DNA of 62,165 nt, counting the filler, from Choristocarpus tenellus KU-1152 (lineage: Eukaryota > Protista > Phaeophyceae), in the NCBI GenBank assembly GCA_964200185.2. It is 8 parts of 8 records of this genome, joined end to end, with 100 filler letters (N's around TTAATTAATTAA, not from the genome) between each part and the next. Parts side by side here need not be neighbours in the genome. Positions count along the whole stretch, not along the records: positions 13,250 to 27,544 come from CAXNAD020001234.1; positions 27,645 to 31,027 come from CAXNAD020020408.1; positions 31,128 to 40,693 come from CAXNAD020003571.1; 5 more parts are not named here. One strand, written 5' to 3'. This document shows positions 26,220 to 39,229 of the stretch, one piece after another (position 1 is the first letter of the stretch; each line of letters opens with the position of its first letter). The translations under genes and the position numbers were made by a program. A model generated the notes under the pieces. That model ran no database searches and had not been told where the DNA came from. It worked only from the letters and a program-made list of their open reading frames with translations.

Positions 26220-27312
26220 TGGAGCACTCCAAGTGTTGCTGGGTCGTCTTTATAAATATACATATATTCTTAAGTTACGGGCTCAGATTGATCCGTTTCG
26301 ACGTTGTCATTGTCGAGATCTTCCAGCATGAATTTCAGCTCATAATCTTCCTCCAAAATTTCCGCATCTCCTCCCCCATCTACAACATCCATTGGTCTCA
26401 CCAACCTGTCCAGAACGTTTGTGAGGCTGAATATGACTCCCTCCAATACCTTCTCCTCTATCTTGATCTATTTGTCATCGCCTGCTGGGCATGGGCAACC
26501 AGCTTTCCACAACCTGCCAGTTTCCATCCGTCCATAATCCGATCCCAGTTAGGGTCACCATACCACCCCGCCATACTTGATCTCTCACTTAGACAACTGT
26601 TTCCTCCTTCGCAACTTTTCCCTGAGGGTCGCACAGTGTTCAACCAGGATCCTGCTAACAGGTGCATTCGACTCCTGCGTCTTGGTTCGATCCCTTGTTC
26701 TCACATACCCCAAGTGCTCCAGGATGATACTCAGACCCCTCAATGTAAGGTCGACTCCAAACTTTGTCGTTACCCAGGTCATTGAATCTCAATGGAAGAC
26801 ACCATTCCCCATCGAGTGCAGGGTACAGATATTTCCAATTTGTCGAGCTGTGGTCTAAGGAGTTCACACCTCTGACCGGAGTCCACTTGAACAACCCCCT
26901 CCCAGACCCAGAGGTGCAACAGATATCCCCATTCTCCAAGTTTTCACATTGCGAAAAACCTTGTATCCCAATCCAACTCCCAGGCGGACATTTTCACTGC
27001 CTTAGTACGGTTCATATGGTAGTAGAAAACAAACTGGTAGTACTGGATCAGCAGTACACATTCCTGCTCCTCTGAAAGCACTTCTCGGCCGATCAACTCA
27101 TCCATTTGTCCTTTGGTATCAGCTTCCCTAACCTCTTGAGCATTCCATCTGGCAGCATTCAAGTCCCACTTTCTCAACCCTGCGGCCATGCAGGCTCTTG
27201 CCTCATCTTTGTTTGACATCCCCCTCCCCCTCTTGTTTTGCGGCGTCCCCTCTTCTGCAAGTGCCTCTTCAGTCAGCCCTCTTATTTTTCCTATTCCTAT
27301 CCAGAGACTCAT
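26220..27312 (-). pseudogene. Decayed, probably internally deleted IS630/Tc1-like transposase relic
   Basis: Winged-HTH-like WVTTKFGVDLTLRGLSIILEHLGY and an acidic C-terminal tail in broken frames; no DDE triad recognisable. Confidence 0.35.
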
Positions 27313-28555
27313 TACTTAGGGCGTTGACAACTCGAGATTGGTTTGAGTCACGAAAATCGCCCAGTATAGGCCTCTGCGTCTATTCTCTTCTCCCTGAGAA
27401 CTAAGCATGGTCTTTCATTTTCCTTGTGCAACTTCTCAAAATCAGACAACTATTGGGACTTAAACAGGCTCCCCAATTTTTATGTGGATGCCAACAGTTG
27501 AATATTTGAGGATAGGTGTCAACGGTCAAAGTATCTGGGGGGGGNNNNNNNNNNNNNNNNNNNNNNNNNNNNNNNNNNNNNNNNNNNNTTAATTAATTAA
27601 NNNNNNNNNNNNNNNNNNNNNNNNNNNNNNNNNNNNNNNNNNNNGATCCGAAAGAGCGCCGGAGGGCAAGGACGCCAGCGGACCAAACGGCCGCGCCCCC
27701 CCCCCCCCCCAACATCCAAAGCAAGACAGGAGAGTCAGGAAAGTAGGGTGGGGGGTATGAAGCCTTCAGTGAAACATCACCATGCTGTACAACCCTTATG
27801 ACAGATTTGTGCGATCAACTAGTGCTATGTTGTTGGTTATATAAAAACATTTGACTGCTCACACTTGTTTCACTTACAATGTTTCAGTCTTGACAGGAGG
27901 GGAAGAGGCATGAAACAGTGGGGAAAGAGAGGCAAAGAGATGTGCGCAAGGAACTAAAGTATCCAGCTACACTCTCAGTACAGGCAAAACTAGCAGAAGC
28001 AACAGCACACTATCAACTCGGTACTTGTGTTTCTCCCTCCAATATGAAATATACACAAAAATATACACAACTCATGCCCTCCACTGGCCTCTGATAAGAA
28101 ATTGGACAAAAGAACAGGCAAATGGTCAACTCCAATTCCTCCTCAACTAGTACTTCCCCGACAAGGACATATTAAACAAATGGGCAAGGAGGCAAAGGGA
28201 AATATCGCCTTTGGCACTCTAGACTATCATGGGTGGAACAAGGTTAACCAATGCTTTGTTCAAGATAGGGCATCATCTACAAAGTCAATACCCTGCAGTC
28301 TTGCAAGACCATCCAGAACAAAAGCCCATGTAGTGCAAGAATGGCAAAGGGGTGAGGGGCAGAGAGAGTCTGACATTCTGCGATATATGTGGAACCGAAA
28401 CGTCAAGAAGGCCAAACGCCTCAATCAACACATCCCGATGACAATAGGGGGGGAAATATACGCCACATAGTCACGGCAAAGAATATCCCCCTTGCCACAT
28501 CCCTCCCCACCCCTTTTTCTTCCCCTCATAACATGGCTCTCACTTCTCCAGTTAC

Positions 28556-29168
28556 CTTCTCTTCCTCATCAACCGTGGTCTCTTCCGTGCTTGCCCTTAA
28601 CAACACATGTGAGCGTTTGCGCTCCACTCCTGACCTTTCCCCGTCCTCCACCGTCAAAGAGCCCCCTGCTCTCGAAACGGACCTTGCTGTCGCCAATGCC
28701 GGGGGTACTCTTCCTGCTGCGGCTGCTTCAATGGGCAAAAGACACCCCACAAGTTCGGGAAAGGGAGAAGTTGGCAAAGTGGAGGTCAAGTTGGGGATTG
28801 ATCCCAAGTTTAGCATCATGGTTGGTAAGGGGTAAGAATGAGTTCAATGCTTCAAAAGAATACAGGGGTACCTATACTGCAGCAGGGGTGACGTTCACCA
28901 GTCAGCAAAGGAAAAGCACTTCCCTTACCGGTTGCACGATCGGGCGCAACTGGTGCTGCATCGTTTACGTCTCGCAGACAGCTCTTCGCCATTCCCACTT
29001 ACCTCTTTGTCTCACCCACTTAGCTCTTTGCCCTACCCACTTCCTTCTACACTCCTCCCGCGGCACTCTCTCACCTAGTGCTGACCCAGGACTGAGTGAG
29101 AAGGCGTCCACGTATTGCGTGGCCGTTCCTGTGACCAGGGCAAGAAGCGACGTGGCCAGGTGGACCAT
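28556..29168 (-). CDS. 5' exons of a probable plastid-targeted protein of unknown function
   Basis: Exon 29168-29003: MVHLATSLLALVTGTATQYVDAFSLSPG... (signal + DAF), ending at a perfect AG|GTAAGT donor. Phase-1-compatible exon 28716-28556: ...GRVPPALATARSVSR...HVLLRASTEETTVDEEEK|GTAACT. Confidence 0.45.
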
Positions 29169-30797
29169 TTTCCCACTAGGGTAGATAAGTGGCCGCGCTC
29201 TTACGGAGTACCTCCAAGATGAAAACCCCTAACAATCAATCGGGGGTGAGTTCTCCTCGTGGGAAAGGGGTGATGAGAACGAACAGACACTCCTAATGAA
29301 GAAAGGCAAGGGGGGGGGTTGACTACTCTACATGGTTCTCCCTTGATAAACTGCCTCTCAAAACTCAACGCCGTTTCAAGGAGGTTGACGAGTGCACGGA
29401 AAAGATAATCTTGTCATGAAGCAACATTGTGTGAAAAGGGATGGGAACTGATCGAGGCAATCGTTGACGTACTCTGAGTTGATCTAGTTGAGATGAACAA
29501 CATGAGACTAATAAAACATGTCTTCATCCAAATCCTATCAGATTGGGGTCGCCAAGAACGACAGCGATTTTCTTATTCTCAATATCCACCTTCTTCACGA
29601 GGACCTTTCCTTGTAATTCGCAGAAATCAAACACCTTGGTTGGGAGACCTAAACCACAACACAAACACTAGTAGGTTGTGTGAGTAGGAACTGCAATCGT
29701 TGTTGTCATGCAAATCGTTGATGGATGTAGGTGTAGCAATCCGCGCGCAATCGGCACGAGGAACACTAAACATGATTTTGTGAATTGTGAATATTTCAAG
29801 GATTGTCGATTGGAAGATGATAATTGTGGGGCTCATCTCACGACGACTAATAAATCTCACCATGCAGCAGAAGGACAACGCGTCTTTGTGAGCACTTGAA
29901 AGGATTATGGGGGTGACAGAGTCGGGTGTGATGACCTGGGGGGTTTTAGTGGTGGGTGAAAATAAGTCTCTTCGTCTGGAGATAACCCTAGAAGTTTTTT
30001 TGTTTCCAATTCTATGTCATTAATATATATTTCTCCCTAAACACGACAGTAGTTGTTGTGGTACATTTTAAATGATCATATGCCTATATCTATACACAAG
30101 ATCGTGTTTTGCTCATATACATGGTTGCATATAGATCAAAACGCAGGATCGGCATACTTCCTCCACATCCTTCCCTCCTGGCTGGGAGGACACTGACAAG
30201 GCATGGGAAAAAACATCAAATAGTTTCTATTACCTTGGCAGGCGTTTTAATGTGTGGTATGTAAGATTTCGTCTTACATATCCGGCTTTCGTAAGTGATA
30301 CTTGCTTGTACTTTTGTAGAGTTTTTTATGCACAACGATATTCTTTGGCAAATAAATGTTGTAAACGGTAGTACATATTCAACATCTTACCCTGACAGAT
30401 ATCCATACAAGTAATGTGACTCTAGTTCTGTATGTATCATGCTTGAGAAGTATGACAGAGCTCAAGAGGACCATCAAATTATGCACAGAAGTGGCAATGT
30501 GGGCAAACTACCACCTCTCCTATCAAAGTTGCATGTTGTAGTAGTTCAAAGCAAAAAATATGGATGGGTGCATTGGCGCAAACGCTGTGTGTAGCAGGAG
30601 GATTAGGAAGGGGGAAACAACACGCATGTGTAAATGGAAAGAGGATCCCTCACTGAGGAGGCAAGAACCGCAACGTAATTTATTACGCTGTCTTGATCGT
30701 AAGAAGAACCTGTCTTGGGCTTTCCAGGTGGACATTGTCAAAAAAATAGATTATGCGCGCCTTTGAACGACTGAGTCTTTCGCTATCAATGAACTAA

Positions 30798-30971
30798 GGC
30801 TCAGAGTATCTGGGGGGGTGGCAGCTGTCCATTTGGGGCCCATTTTTCATGTCGCGATTTTGAGTGATTTAGTTGCATGCGTCGGATGGATAATGTAAGT
30901 GCACTTATCCTGGTCAGGGCCTGAAAGGATACCCTCGTGTAGACCCCCCCCCCCCTCAGAAACTTTGAGCC
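30798..30971. mobile_element. MITE family B copy
   Basis: ggctcagagtatctggggggg ... ccccctcagaaactttgagcc; reverse complement homolog of 13256-13440. Confidence 0.85.
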
Positions 30972-31131
30972 TAAATGGCATACACTAGGTATGGCGCCTA
31001 CAAAAAAATTGTGACCAAAGGCAACAANNNNNNNNNNNNNNNNNNNNNNNNNNNNNNNNNNNNNNNNNNNNTTAATTAATTAANNNNNNNNNNNNNNNNN
31101 NNNNNNNNNNNNNNNNNNNNNNNNNNNCAAA

Positions 31132-31389
31132 GAGTGAAAGTATCTTAGAGGGTACGAATTTTGCCCTGTTTGTCCATGTGGGGCTTGACTTCCCACGGGT
31201 TTTTATTGACATTTTTCCTACTCCAAAATGTCTCGGAGTAGGTAAAATGTATACGCTATGAAAAGGAGTGTCCAGACAAGGATATTGACATCTCCTAACC
31301 AACACGATAGTCAAAATCACATCAAAATTGCAACATTGGATTTTGGTCCCCAAATGGACGCGGCTTTACCCTCTAAGATACTTTGACTC
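31132..31389 (-). mobile_element. MITE family A copy truncating a Gypsy RT
   Basis: gagtgaaagtatcttagagggta ... taccctctaagatactttgactc; the RT reading frame stops at LKPSKAQF next to it. Confidence 0.92.
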
Positions 31390-34300
31390 AAATTGAGCCT
31401 TTGATGGCTTTAACGTAATCCCCACACCTTGTAACATTGACGATACTGTATTGATCAACTGTTTGTGGTGTGTCCATGATGGACAGGCCAAAACAATATC
31501 GTCTAAATGTACCAACAATCCCGAGCTAGGACCGATAGTGGGAAAAGTTTCAGACATAAAGCGTTGGAAGATCTATGGTGCATTTTGTACTCCAAATGGT
31601 AACCTCTGAAACTCATATTTTCCATCAGGTCTGATCAATGCAGTTTTTCGTCATTTGCATTAATCAGTTATCGGTAGTTGCCAATAGGCTGATTGGATAC
31701 ATAAACAAGATAAATATTTTGAACCCCCCAAAGTGGATAAACACTCATCCATGGATGGTAAAGGACATGAATTACGTATCAAATGTTTATTTATGGTTCC
31801 TCTAGAATCCACACAGAATCGAGGAGATCCATCAGGCTTTGCAACAATGGTAACAGGGGATGCCCATGGACTAGATGAGGGTTTTATAATGCCCTGTTTT
31901 TCCATATCAGTTACACATTGCCGAATAGGGTCGCGTATTTTTGGTACCGCGTGATAGGGTGGTCTATTAACCAGTTTTGTACCTGGCTGTAGTGGAAACT
32001 CAACAGAAGTAGTGGTGCAACAACCTAACTTTTTCAGATAATGAAAAGACTGGTCTGAATTTAGCTGCAGCATCTAGTAATTCCTCTTGTTCAGAAAGTG
32101 TCAGTTGTGTATTGAAAAGTTCTCATTTGCAAAACATTCTTTAAACCATCCCTAGCTTGTTTTTAGTTCTTTGGGAGTAGAGGGTGTGGCTGCAACTGGA
32201 CTTATGGTGGCGTTTGAAAGGGAATATGTGCTTGATACAGGGGAGACATGACCAACTACAAAATTGCTGGTAACTTGACCCCTTTTAGTAAAAGACTGGC
32301 AATTTTGACTAAACATCCCCCATCTTCTCCCAATCAGTGAGGGTTCGACTGACCATAATATGTTGCCAGTGGGGATGTATGTCGCCCTCTTGCTGAAGGT
32401 CTGTGCCAGTATACATGATAGGTCCCACCACTGCATCAGTAGCTGTTCCTCGAAGTGCCTGAGAACAAACTGGAACAAGCGTTTCCGTGCCAGGGGGAAG
32501 GTATATATTTTTTACTGTATGTACTGGTGCAATAAATTCATGTGATCACTGATATTGAAAAATGAGGTGGTGCATTTTCAGTCTGATGATTGTCTCTTGG
32601 GGGGAAACAGATGGGAAGGGGTACAATTTTTTGCTTTGCTGAAATGCATTTATCACTGTCTTTAAACATTTCCTCTCTATCCCAATTTAGCACTGCCCCA
32701 AATGCCACATAATGCTGTTATCCAATAAAATTTTATCTACTCCCATATTAGGTATGACAACTTCTTGGACCGGCATTGATATGTCACCAAGTCATAGTGT
32801 AAATTGAATGAAACCATGAACAGATGAAGGTCCACGACCTGCTACTTTTGAGTTCAGAGCACCTGCTAGAATCTCCCAAATGGGTGCCTTGCCAAGTGTT
32901 GGGTGGGCTTCAATGTATCTGAGTGATACTATTGGAATGTCAGTAGCAGTATCAACAGTAATGCTCATTAAAGGTTCATTTTCAACATACCCAGGAATTC
33001 ATACGCGGTGAGATAAAACATTCAGCACGCGAGGGGAGTTAGAATAGTGTTGGATTGCTGATGTGTGCCAACAGTATGAAAACGTGGAACAACGCATTTG
33101 AGGTATAAAAGAGCCATCACCCATGCCCAAAAGAGGTTGTGAGGAACAAGAAAGAGCAGACGCAACAGTTATTACATGTCCTGCTTGTGGCAACTTTTGG
33201 TGTGTTGACCTTAAATGTTTAAAACGTTGTTGTCTTAAGTGGTATCTCTTCAACATCTGAGTCTGCCCTAAACAACAAGTGCCTAGTTTTGCTCTGATTT
33301 CTTAACCCTACAGATTCTGGGGAAATAGACTCTGCAAGGCACCCCTATTTTTGACCAGGCCTCGTGTGCTTTTCGCCAGGTTCACTACTGTCTTGATCAG
33401 TCTGTGAACTTGTAAGGGCCGGAAGTACTGAGTTCACCAGGTTCAGCAGTCAGTGCTGACACCAAACGATATAGTGACTGCTTGGTGTGCTCATCATGAC
33501 GATCGCGTCTACTAGAACGTTCTCAAATTTTCTGCGATCGGTGACAATTGCTGCCATCCGGATTGGCCCAATAGTCATCTGTGGAGTGTCGATGCAATCT
33601 TGCATTGCAGCCTTCAAATTCACAAATTTGACGGGAATCATGGGGCTCAGGGAAGATTGAAGTCAATGGTAGTGAGATTTTCTCGGGTGCTTGGGTATGT
33701 CTCTTTGCTTTCAACTGTTGAAGTTAGGCGTTAGCTTGCTCAAGGTTGGTTGCAAGGCCCTTTGCAAGAGTCAACAACGGCCCTATGTTTGTAAATCTCA
33801 AGTCCGTCAATTGTAGGTTGTCTAAATTGTCAGCAGATATACTGGATGTCACGACGTGGGCAAACGATCCTCTGTCTAAACTTGACATGGCTGATGCTTG
33901 GCCTACAGCAGCATCAACTAGGGTGGCAAAATCCTCGTATCGTTGAGGATTTGAATGAAAAAAACCCAGAATGGCAGGTAAAACACTGACATTGAACGTG
34001 TAGTACCCAAGTCTGTCCATGAGCAGGGAAATCAGGTTGGCTGGGGTAAGGTCAACAGGGTCGAGGTCACATCTGTCTTGCGGGGTTCACTCTCAACTCA
34101 CGTATAAAGGAATCTATTGACTCAATTACCTCCTAGCAAACGCCCAAACATTCTCCTTTGGCTCTTGGCGAATGTTGGTCATGCTACAGAAGGTTCTATC
34201 CAAAGGATTCGGCACGGAAAATTCCTTCAGGCTGGCAGTCGCGAATTCTTCCCGTGATGGAAAATTCAAAGCTTCATAGCATGGTCGAAGACTCGTTTGG

Positions 34301-35473
34301 TTGGGACTGGTACTCCTAGGAATTTGATGTCGAATTCGATGTTAAAATTTGATGTTGAAACAGTCACATGCACATATCGCCTAGAATTTGTTGGTCAGTG
34401 GGAATGTGGCTCCATTCAACTGATTGTCTATTGACCATCGCAATGGCGCCCACACGGTTCTTGAAAATAGTTAACAACTTGCCAAAATTGGAAACTGGGG
34501 GATAACAATGTTCGTGGACATGCCAAAAACGCATTGGGGGTAAGTCTTTATGGGAAGGATACATAACAACGAGGGAATTGCCGTGAGCATGATCAGACAC
34601 AGACGGGTTATTGGACTCTGGTTAAGAAGTACTCAAGGTTTGCATGACCGCTGCCACCAAACCTTGGTCATGCGGAGTCCCCTCCATCGCCTCATCGACA
34701 ACCTTCTTGGTGTAGACGAGCTGGTGATCCATGTACATCTGGGTATCGAACGTCGCCACCGCACTGTCTTCACCCTTTTCCTCGTGGTCTTTTGCCAACG
34801 CCCTGAACCGGCTCACGCCCGAATTATGGGTAGGGCCTTCCCTCAGCCTCTACTCCGCCATCCCTTCCTGCTGTAACGAGCCACCAGGGATGCCTCTGTC
34901 TCCAGATGTAGATGCAGGAATCGGTTGAGGTTGGTACCCCCCTCATTACCTCCATCAGCTGGTGTGGTAGAGGTCGCCTTCTTCTTCCCTTTCCTTGTAG
35001 CTGACTTCTCCTTGCTGCTGGCATTAGGTGTGGGAGTGGTAATGTCAGGCATAATGTGGTGTGAGTTAGCCACCTTGAACACTCGGCGTGAGTATCACTG
35101 TGGAAATGTCAAAGTGCCATAGCTCTCTGCACAAGGGAGCTAACTCACACCATATTATGTCTGACATTACCACTCCCACACCTACTGCCACATCTAATGC
35201 CAGCAGCAAGGAGAAGTCAGCTACAAGGAAAGGGAAGAAGTCGAGGTCCCAGATTCGAGCCCCGGCTTGAGTACCACTGTGCAAGTGTCAAGGTGCCAAA
35301 CCTCTCTGCACAAGGGGGCAATTACAGTCACAGGACTGAACTCTTCCACCTCAGAGGGCGAGACCAAGTTTCAAAGGTCTTGGCCCAACATCTCAGATCA
35401 GTTGAGTAAATCCAGAACATAACAAAAACCTGAAAACACAACAGATGTCCCAGAATGACTGAGCAACGTCACA
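31390..35473 (-). mobile_element. Decayed Ty3/Gypsy LTR retrotransposon: candidate 5' LTR, PBS, gag, protease, RT
   Basis: Candidate LTR 35473-35278 (TGTGACG...GCACA); PBS TGGTACTCAAGCCG; gag start at 35052 (MPDITTPTP); gag core EFSVPNPLDRTFCSMTNIRQEPKENVWAFARR; knuckle CEFEGCNARLHRHSTDDYWANP; protease MSITVDTATD near 32950; RT PSSSPWASPVTIVAKPDGSPRFCVD...IQSAYWQL...VHLDDIV...LKPSKAQF. That 34364-35052 and 33500-34330 belong to one gag is inferred. Confidence 0.85.
35241..35276 (+). other. tRNA 3'-end copy including CCA (extended primer-binding site); not a tRNA gene
   Basis: tcgAGGTC-CCAGA-TTCGAGC-CCCGG-CTTGAGT-A-CCA = variable loop, T-arm, acceptor 3' strand, discriminator and CCA, located 1 nt from the LTR terminus. 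Confidence 0.75.
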
Positions 35474-38400
35474 GCAGAGAAATTGATCGGTCAGAAATGG
35501 AATGGATCTTTCTGACAGTCCTTTTGGCTGTTTGGTCAAATCCGGATCTTTTTGGCGTGATTGGTTTTTATGAACTGGTCGGTATATGGGTGAGTTCCAA
35601 TGACGTGGTTGGCGCGCTCAAGTGTATATGACCGCGTGTCTTATCTACAAATGTGTGTGTCGGAGATCCCATAAAAGAAACCTGTCCCTGACATAAGCAC
35701 CACTTGAAAAAAGAGAGTGGTACCTGACCCTATCACATCAAATCATTTTCTCATCACCTGTTGACTCCTTCAGTGCAAACTTCACTACTAGTTGACCACA
35801 TCATGATGCAAGCAATGCGGTGTACTTTAAAATAAGAACAATATAATGCACCTGTCATGCTATTGATTAATAGTTCCGATCTAAAGAGAAGACAATAATA
35901 AGAATAATATAATGACTTTCCTTGCTTGTTTCTGTTCTGTGTTAACAGGCCAATTACCGCAGTTTGTTGGAGGAAGGACTCGTACCAGATAGAGGGGTGA
36001 GAAGCCTATAAATACTACCAATAGTAATAAAATACCAATAGAAAATAGGAATAGTAATAGTAATAAAAAATGTAATACTCTGTGTGGGAGTATTGTAGAG
36101 CAATGCAATGTGCTGTGAGTTTCTACTGTATGAGTATAATCTCTACAAAGAGTGAAATATAGAAGAGAGAGACAAGAAGGACAATGCTTCTTGGCGGCAT
36201 TGCTTCAAAGAAGAAGGAAGAAAAAGAGCATGTAAATTAATGTTTACTATTATTAATATTATTTAAAAAAGATGAGTTTGTTTTGTGAGAGATGACACTT
36301 TTTTTAATTCATGGTTGAAAACATGACGTCTTTGTTTGAACCATTGTATAGTAAAAATGTCCAATTAAAAGCAGCTAATAAAACTTAAGTGGTTTTGAGT
36401 TCTGGATGTTTGCACATTCTGTTTTTGTTCCTACGCTATAGTCATTAGCACGATATAATAATAATGATATTAATGGTATTATGAATTCGTTTTGTAAATA
36501 TCGGCAAAGATAAGAACAACATGAACTCGCTTGAACTTTTTCATTGTAATAGAAAACAGACGATATTAGGTAGGTGTTTTGATTTTGAAACAAGAACATT
36601 AGTCTCTTCATTTTTTTTCAGAGTGTGGGAAAGGAATTTTTCTTTTTTATAGAACAGGTGCAGAAAATAAAATTCTGTACATAGAGGTGTTCACAGTGAT
36701 GGCTATTAATAGGAAGAGCCCCTTTGATACCTGGGTTTTGTTTTTATTTTGTAAATGGCATTGGCAGAGTGAGGGCGTTGAATACTTGGAGATATCAAAA
36801 GGTTCAAGTCTCTAGTTTGTCATTATCAGAAGATTATATCTGAGGTAAAGTTCTATATTGTAAACATGAGTTTGTAGTGCTCTAATGCCTTGAACAACAC
36901 AAAAAAAACTCTTCATATCCGAACTGAGAACTCTTCCCTTTTGTTACAGAACATGCACATATCTTTTTTCCATTTTTTTTTGTAAAGGGAATTAACTATT
37001 TGAGTAATGGAGTCATCCATTCAGACTCCGCAGTGCTCCCCTGTCCCCTCCCATTAAGTGGGTGTTGTTCTTAGGACTTTTTTGTCTGAGATAGAGAAAC
37101 TCTATGGTAACATCTAGCCTTACCTTCTCTAGTACCAGGTCTCTACCCTCACTGACAGACAACTTTCCAACAGAAAAATGTCCAATACACCCAGGCGAAC
37201 ACACGCGCGCGCGCACACACATATCTAGAGATTGTTGAAGATTGGTTCAACATGATCTCCTTTGTCATCTGGTAGTTATCATCTTTGAATAGTCGATCTT
37301 TGCTAGTAGGTAGTAGGGATTTGGTGGTCTTGGCGACATTATGCTATTTAAATATATAGTAATGCATTTTCTTATTTTCATCGAACTTAAAAAATAAATA
37401 AATAAGAACACTTTTTCTTGTGCGTTCTCTTCTCAGCATCAGTTTGAAATGTTAAAAAATATATTTCGCACAAACAGTAGGAAGTTATGCTAAACAGAAC
37501 AATCACTATTATGAATATTAATAGTAATAGTCAAACATCGGCCTTTCCTGCTTTATGCCATCTCCCGACGTATCTTGTGATACCACTCCACTCTGCAATG
37601 CCAAATGGGATGCGGTACAATAGACGTAGTAATAGTAATAGTAATTGTAATATTGTGGCTATATCCAGAACGTCTCTTCAGGCGGTCAATTTTGTCCTTT
37701 CTTTTTCTTATTTTCATACCTCGCTTGAACTTTTTCAATCCAACTTCAGAAGCAACACTCTCCATGCACGTGATACAAGGTATTGATTGCCTGATCAACA
37801 TCCCCACACTGGTGCCCTCTGACTCCAAAACTGCTCCTGATGTAGGTGAAGCTGGGCCCCGCTCGAAATTTTCACAGCACCCCTGAGGCTGGTGTGTTTT
37901 TAGTACGCCATAGGCAAGTCCAGCAGCGCATACCTGTTCTGAAGATGTGAGAGACAATGGATGAGATGGCATGGGGTTGTGCGCGGAATCGAATATTATC
38001 CTATATGTTGTTGATGATGACTTATTAATACCGTTCTGGCCGGTAGTGCCATTAAAGGGATCTCGACAGCTCTTTCCTTTTTATTTACCTGTACAGGGTC
38101 TTGGTGGCGGAAAGGTCTTGTACGTTGAGTTTGAAGCTTTTAAATAGAAAAAATCGGTGTGAATTTTGGGTGCTTGATACCGTGCCCTGTGTCGCAATAA
38201 GGTAGGTTTGTAATGCAACCAAACCCTACAATGTCTACGTATCAGGAAGACCTCGTGGTGCTGGTAAGACATTCTCATGTGTAACTGGCGTTTTTTTGCC
38301 TCTCACTTCCTTACGTCTGTGATGCTCCTTGGGTAAACTCACAACTGATCGGTTGGTTAAGTTTTAATGATATTAATATTCGCAGTTGGTACTATTGATA

Positions 38401-39229
38401 TTTCCTGTGTTCAGCATCAGTTCAAGCAGTTTGTGGGGCAGGCTATGAATGCACAAAATGACTAGAGATTTTGATCGAATTTTTTTGTGGGAGTCTTGCA
38501 AAGTCCCTTCAAGAGTTTGCCTTAAAATGTCAGCGAATGCTGAACTAAGTCTACCCATTGTGATGCCTAACAATCTCAGCTAAAATGTGATATTAGTACC
38601 ATGTTGTGCATTCATAACCCGCCTTGCAAGTTGTTGGAAGTGATGCTGAACAGAGGAAATGTGTAGTATATGATTTGCATTGATGCTTATCAAAGCAGTC
38701 CCGAAGTGTGCAGGAGGATGGGAGAAAAAGTATCCACTTGGCAAGCATGACTACCTAGTTGTTTTTGAAGTTGTTTACGGGGAAGTCTAAGGTAGAAGTG
38801 ATATGCAGATGAGTATGGAAGAGGAGGAGTGGTGTTGGATTTGAGAGGAGGTGTGTTGTTCACTTACTCGTATAAGGCAAGCTATGCACCAATACTGTCA
38901 GTACAGTGAAATAGGATTAGGGTTAGCATAGATGAGTGCTAATTAAATGTTAATTAGACGGCAGTAGGCATGCTGCTACAATCTAATGCCCTTTAAATCT
39001 TACTTTAGGAGTACAGGGTATTAATGCTATTAGTGCTATTATGTTATATCATTGAATCATAAAATGGTAATTGTGTGACTGCACGCATCTCTGTAGCCCA
39101 ACGTTTTTGGTGTGGACACTTCTCAGATCTTGTCCCTGAAAAAATATCTTGGTCCCTACCCCTATGAGTAGTATTGCCTCCGTGCTCTCACTACAGTATA
39201 TATACATTTTTTAAAATCTGCTGATGAGT

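Noticed and set aside
35241-35276. Functional tRNA gene
   Set aside because: Only the 3' part is present, it includes CCA, and it abuts an LTR end; it is a primer-derived copy.
37553-38278. Two possible minus-strand exons
   Set aside because: Splice sites are plausible but the reading frame is ambiguous and there is no recognisable domain.
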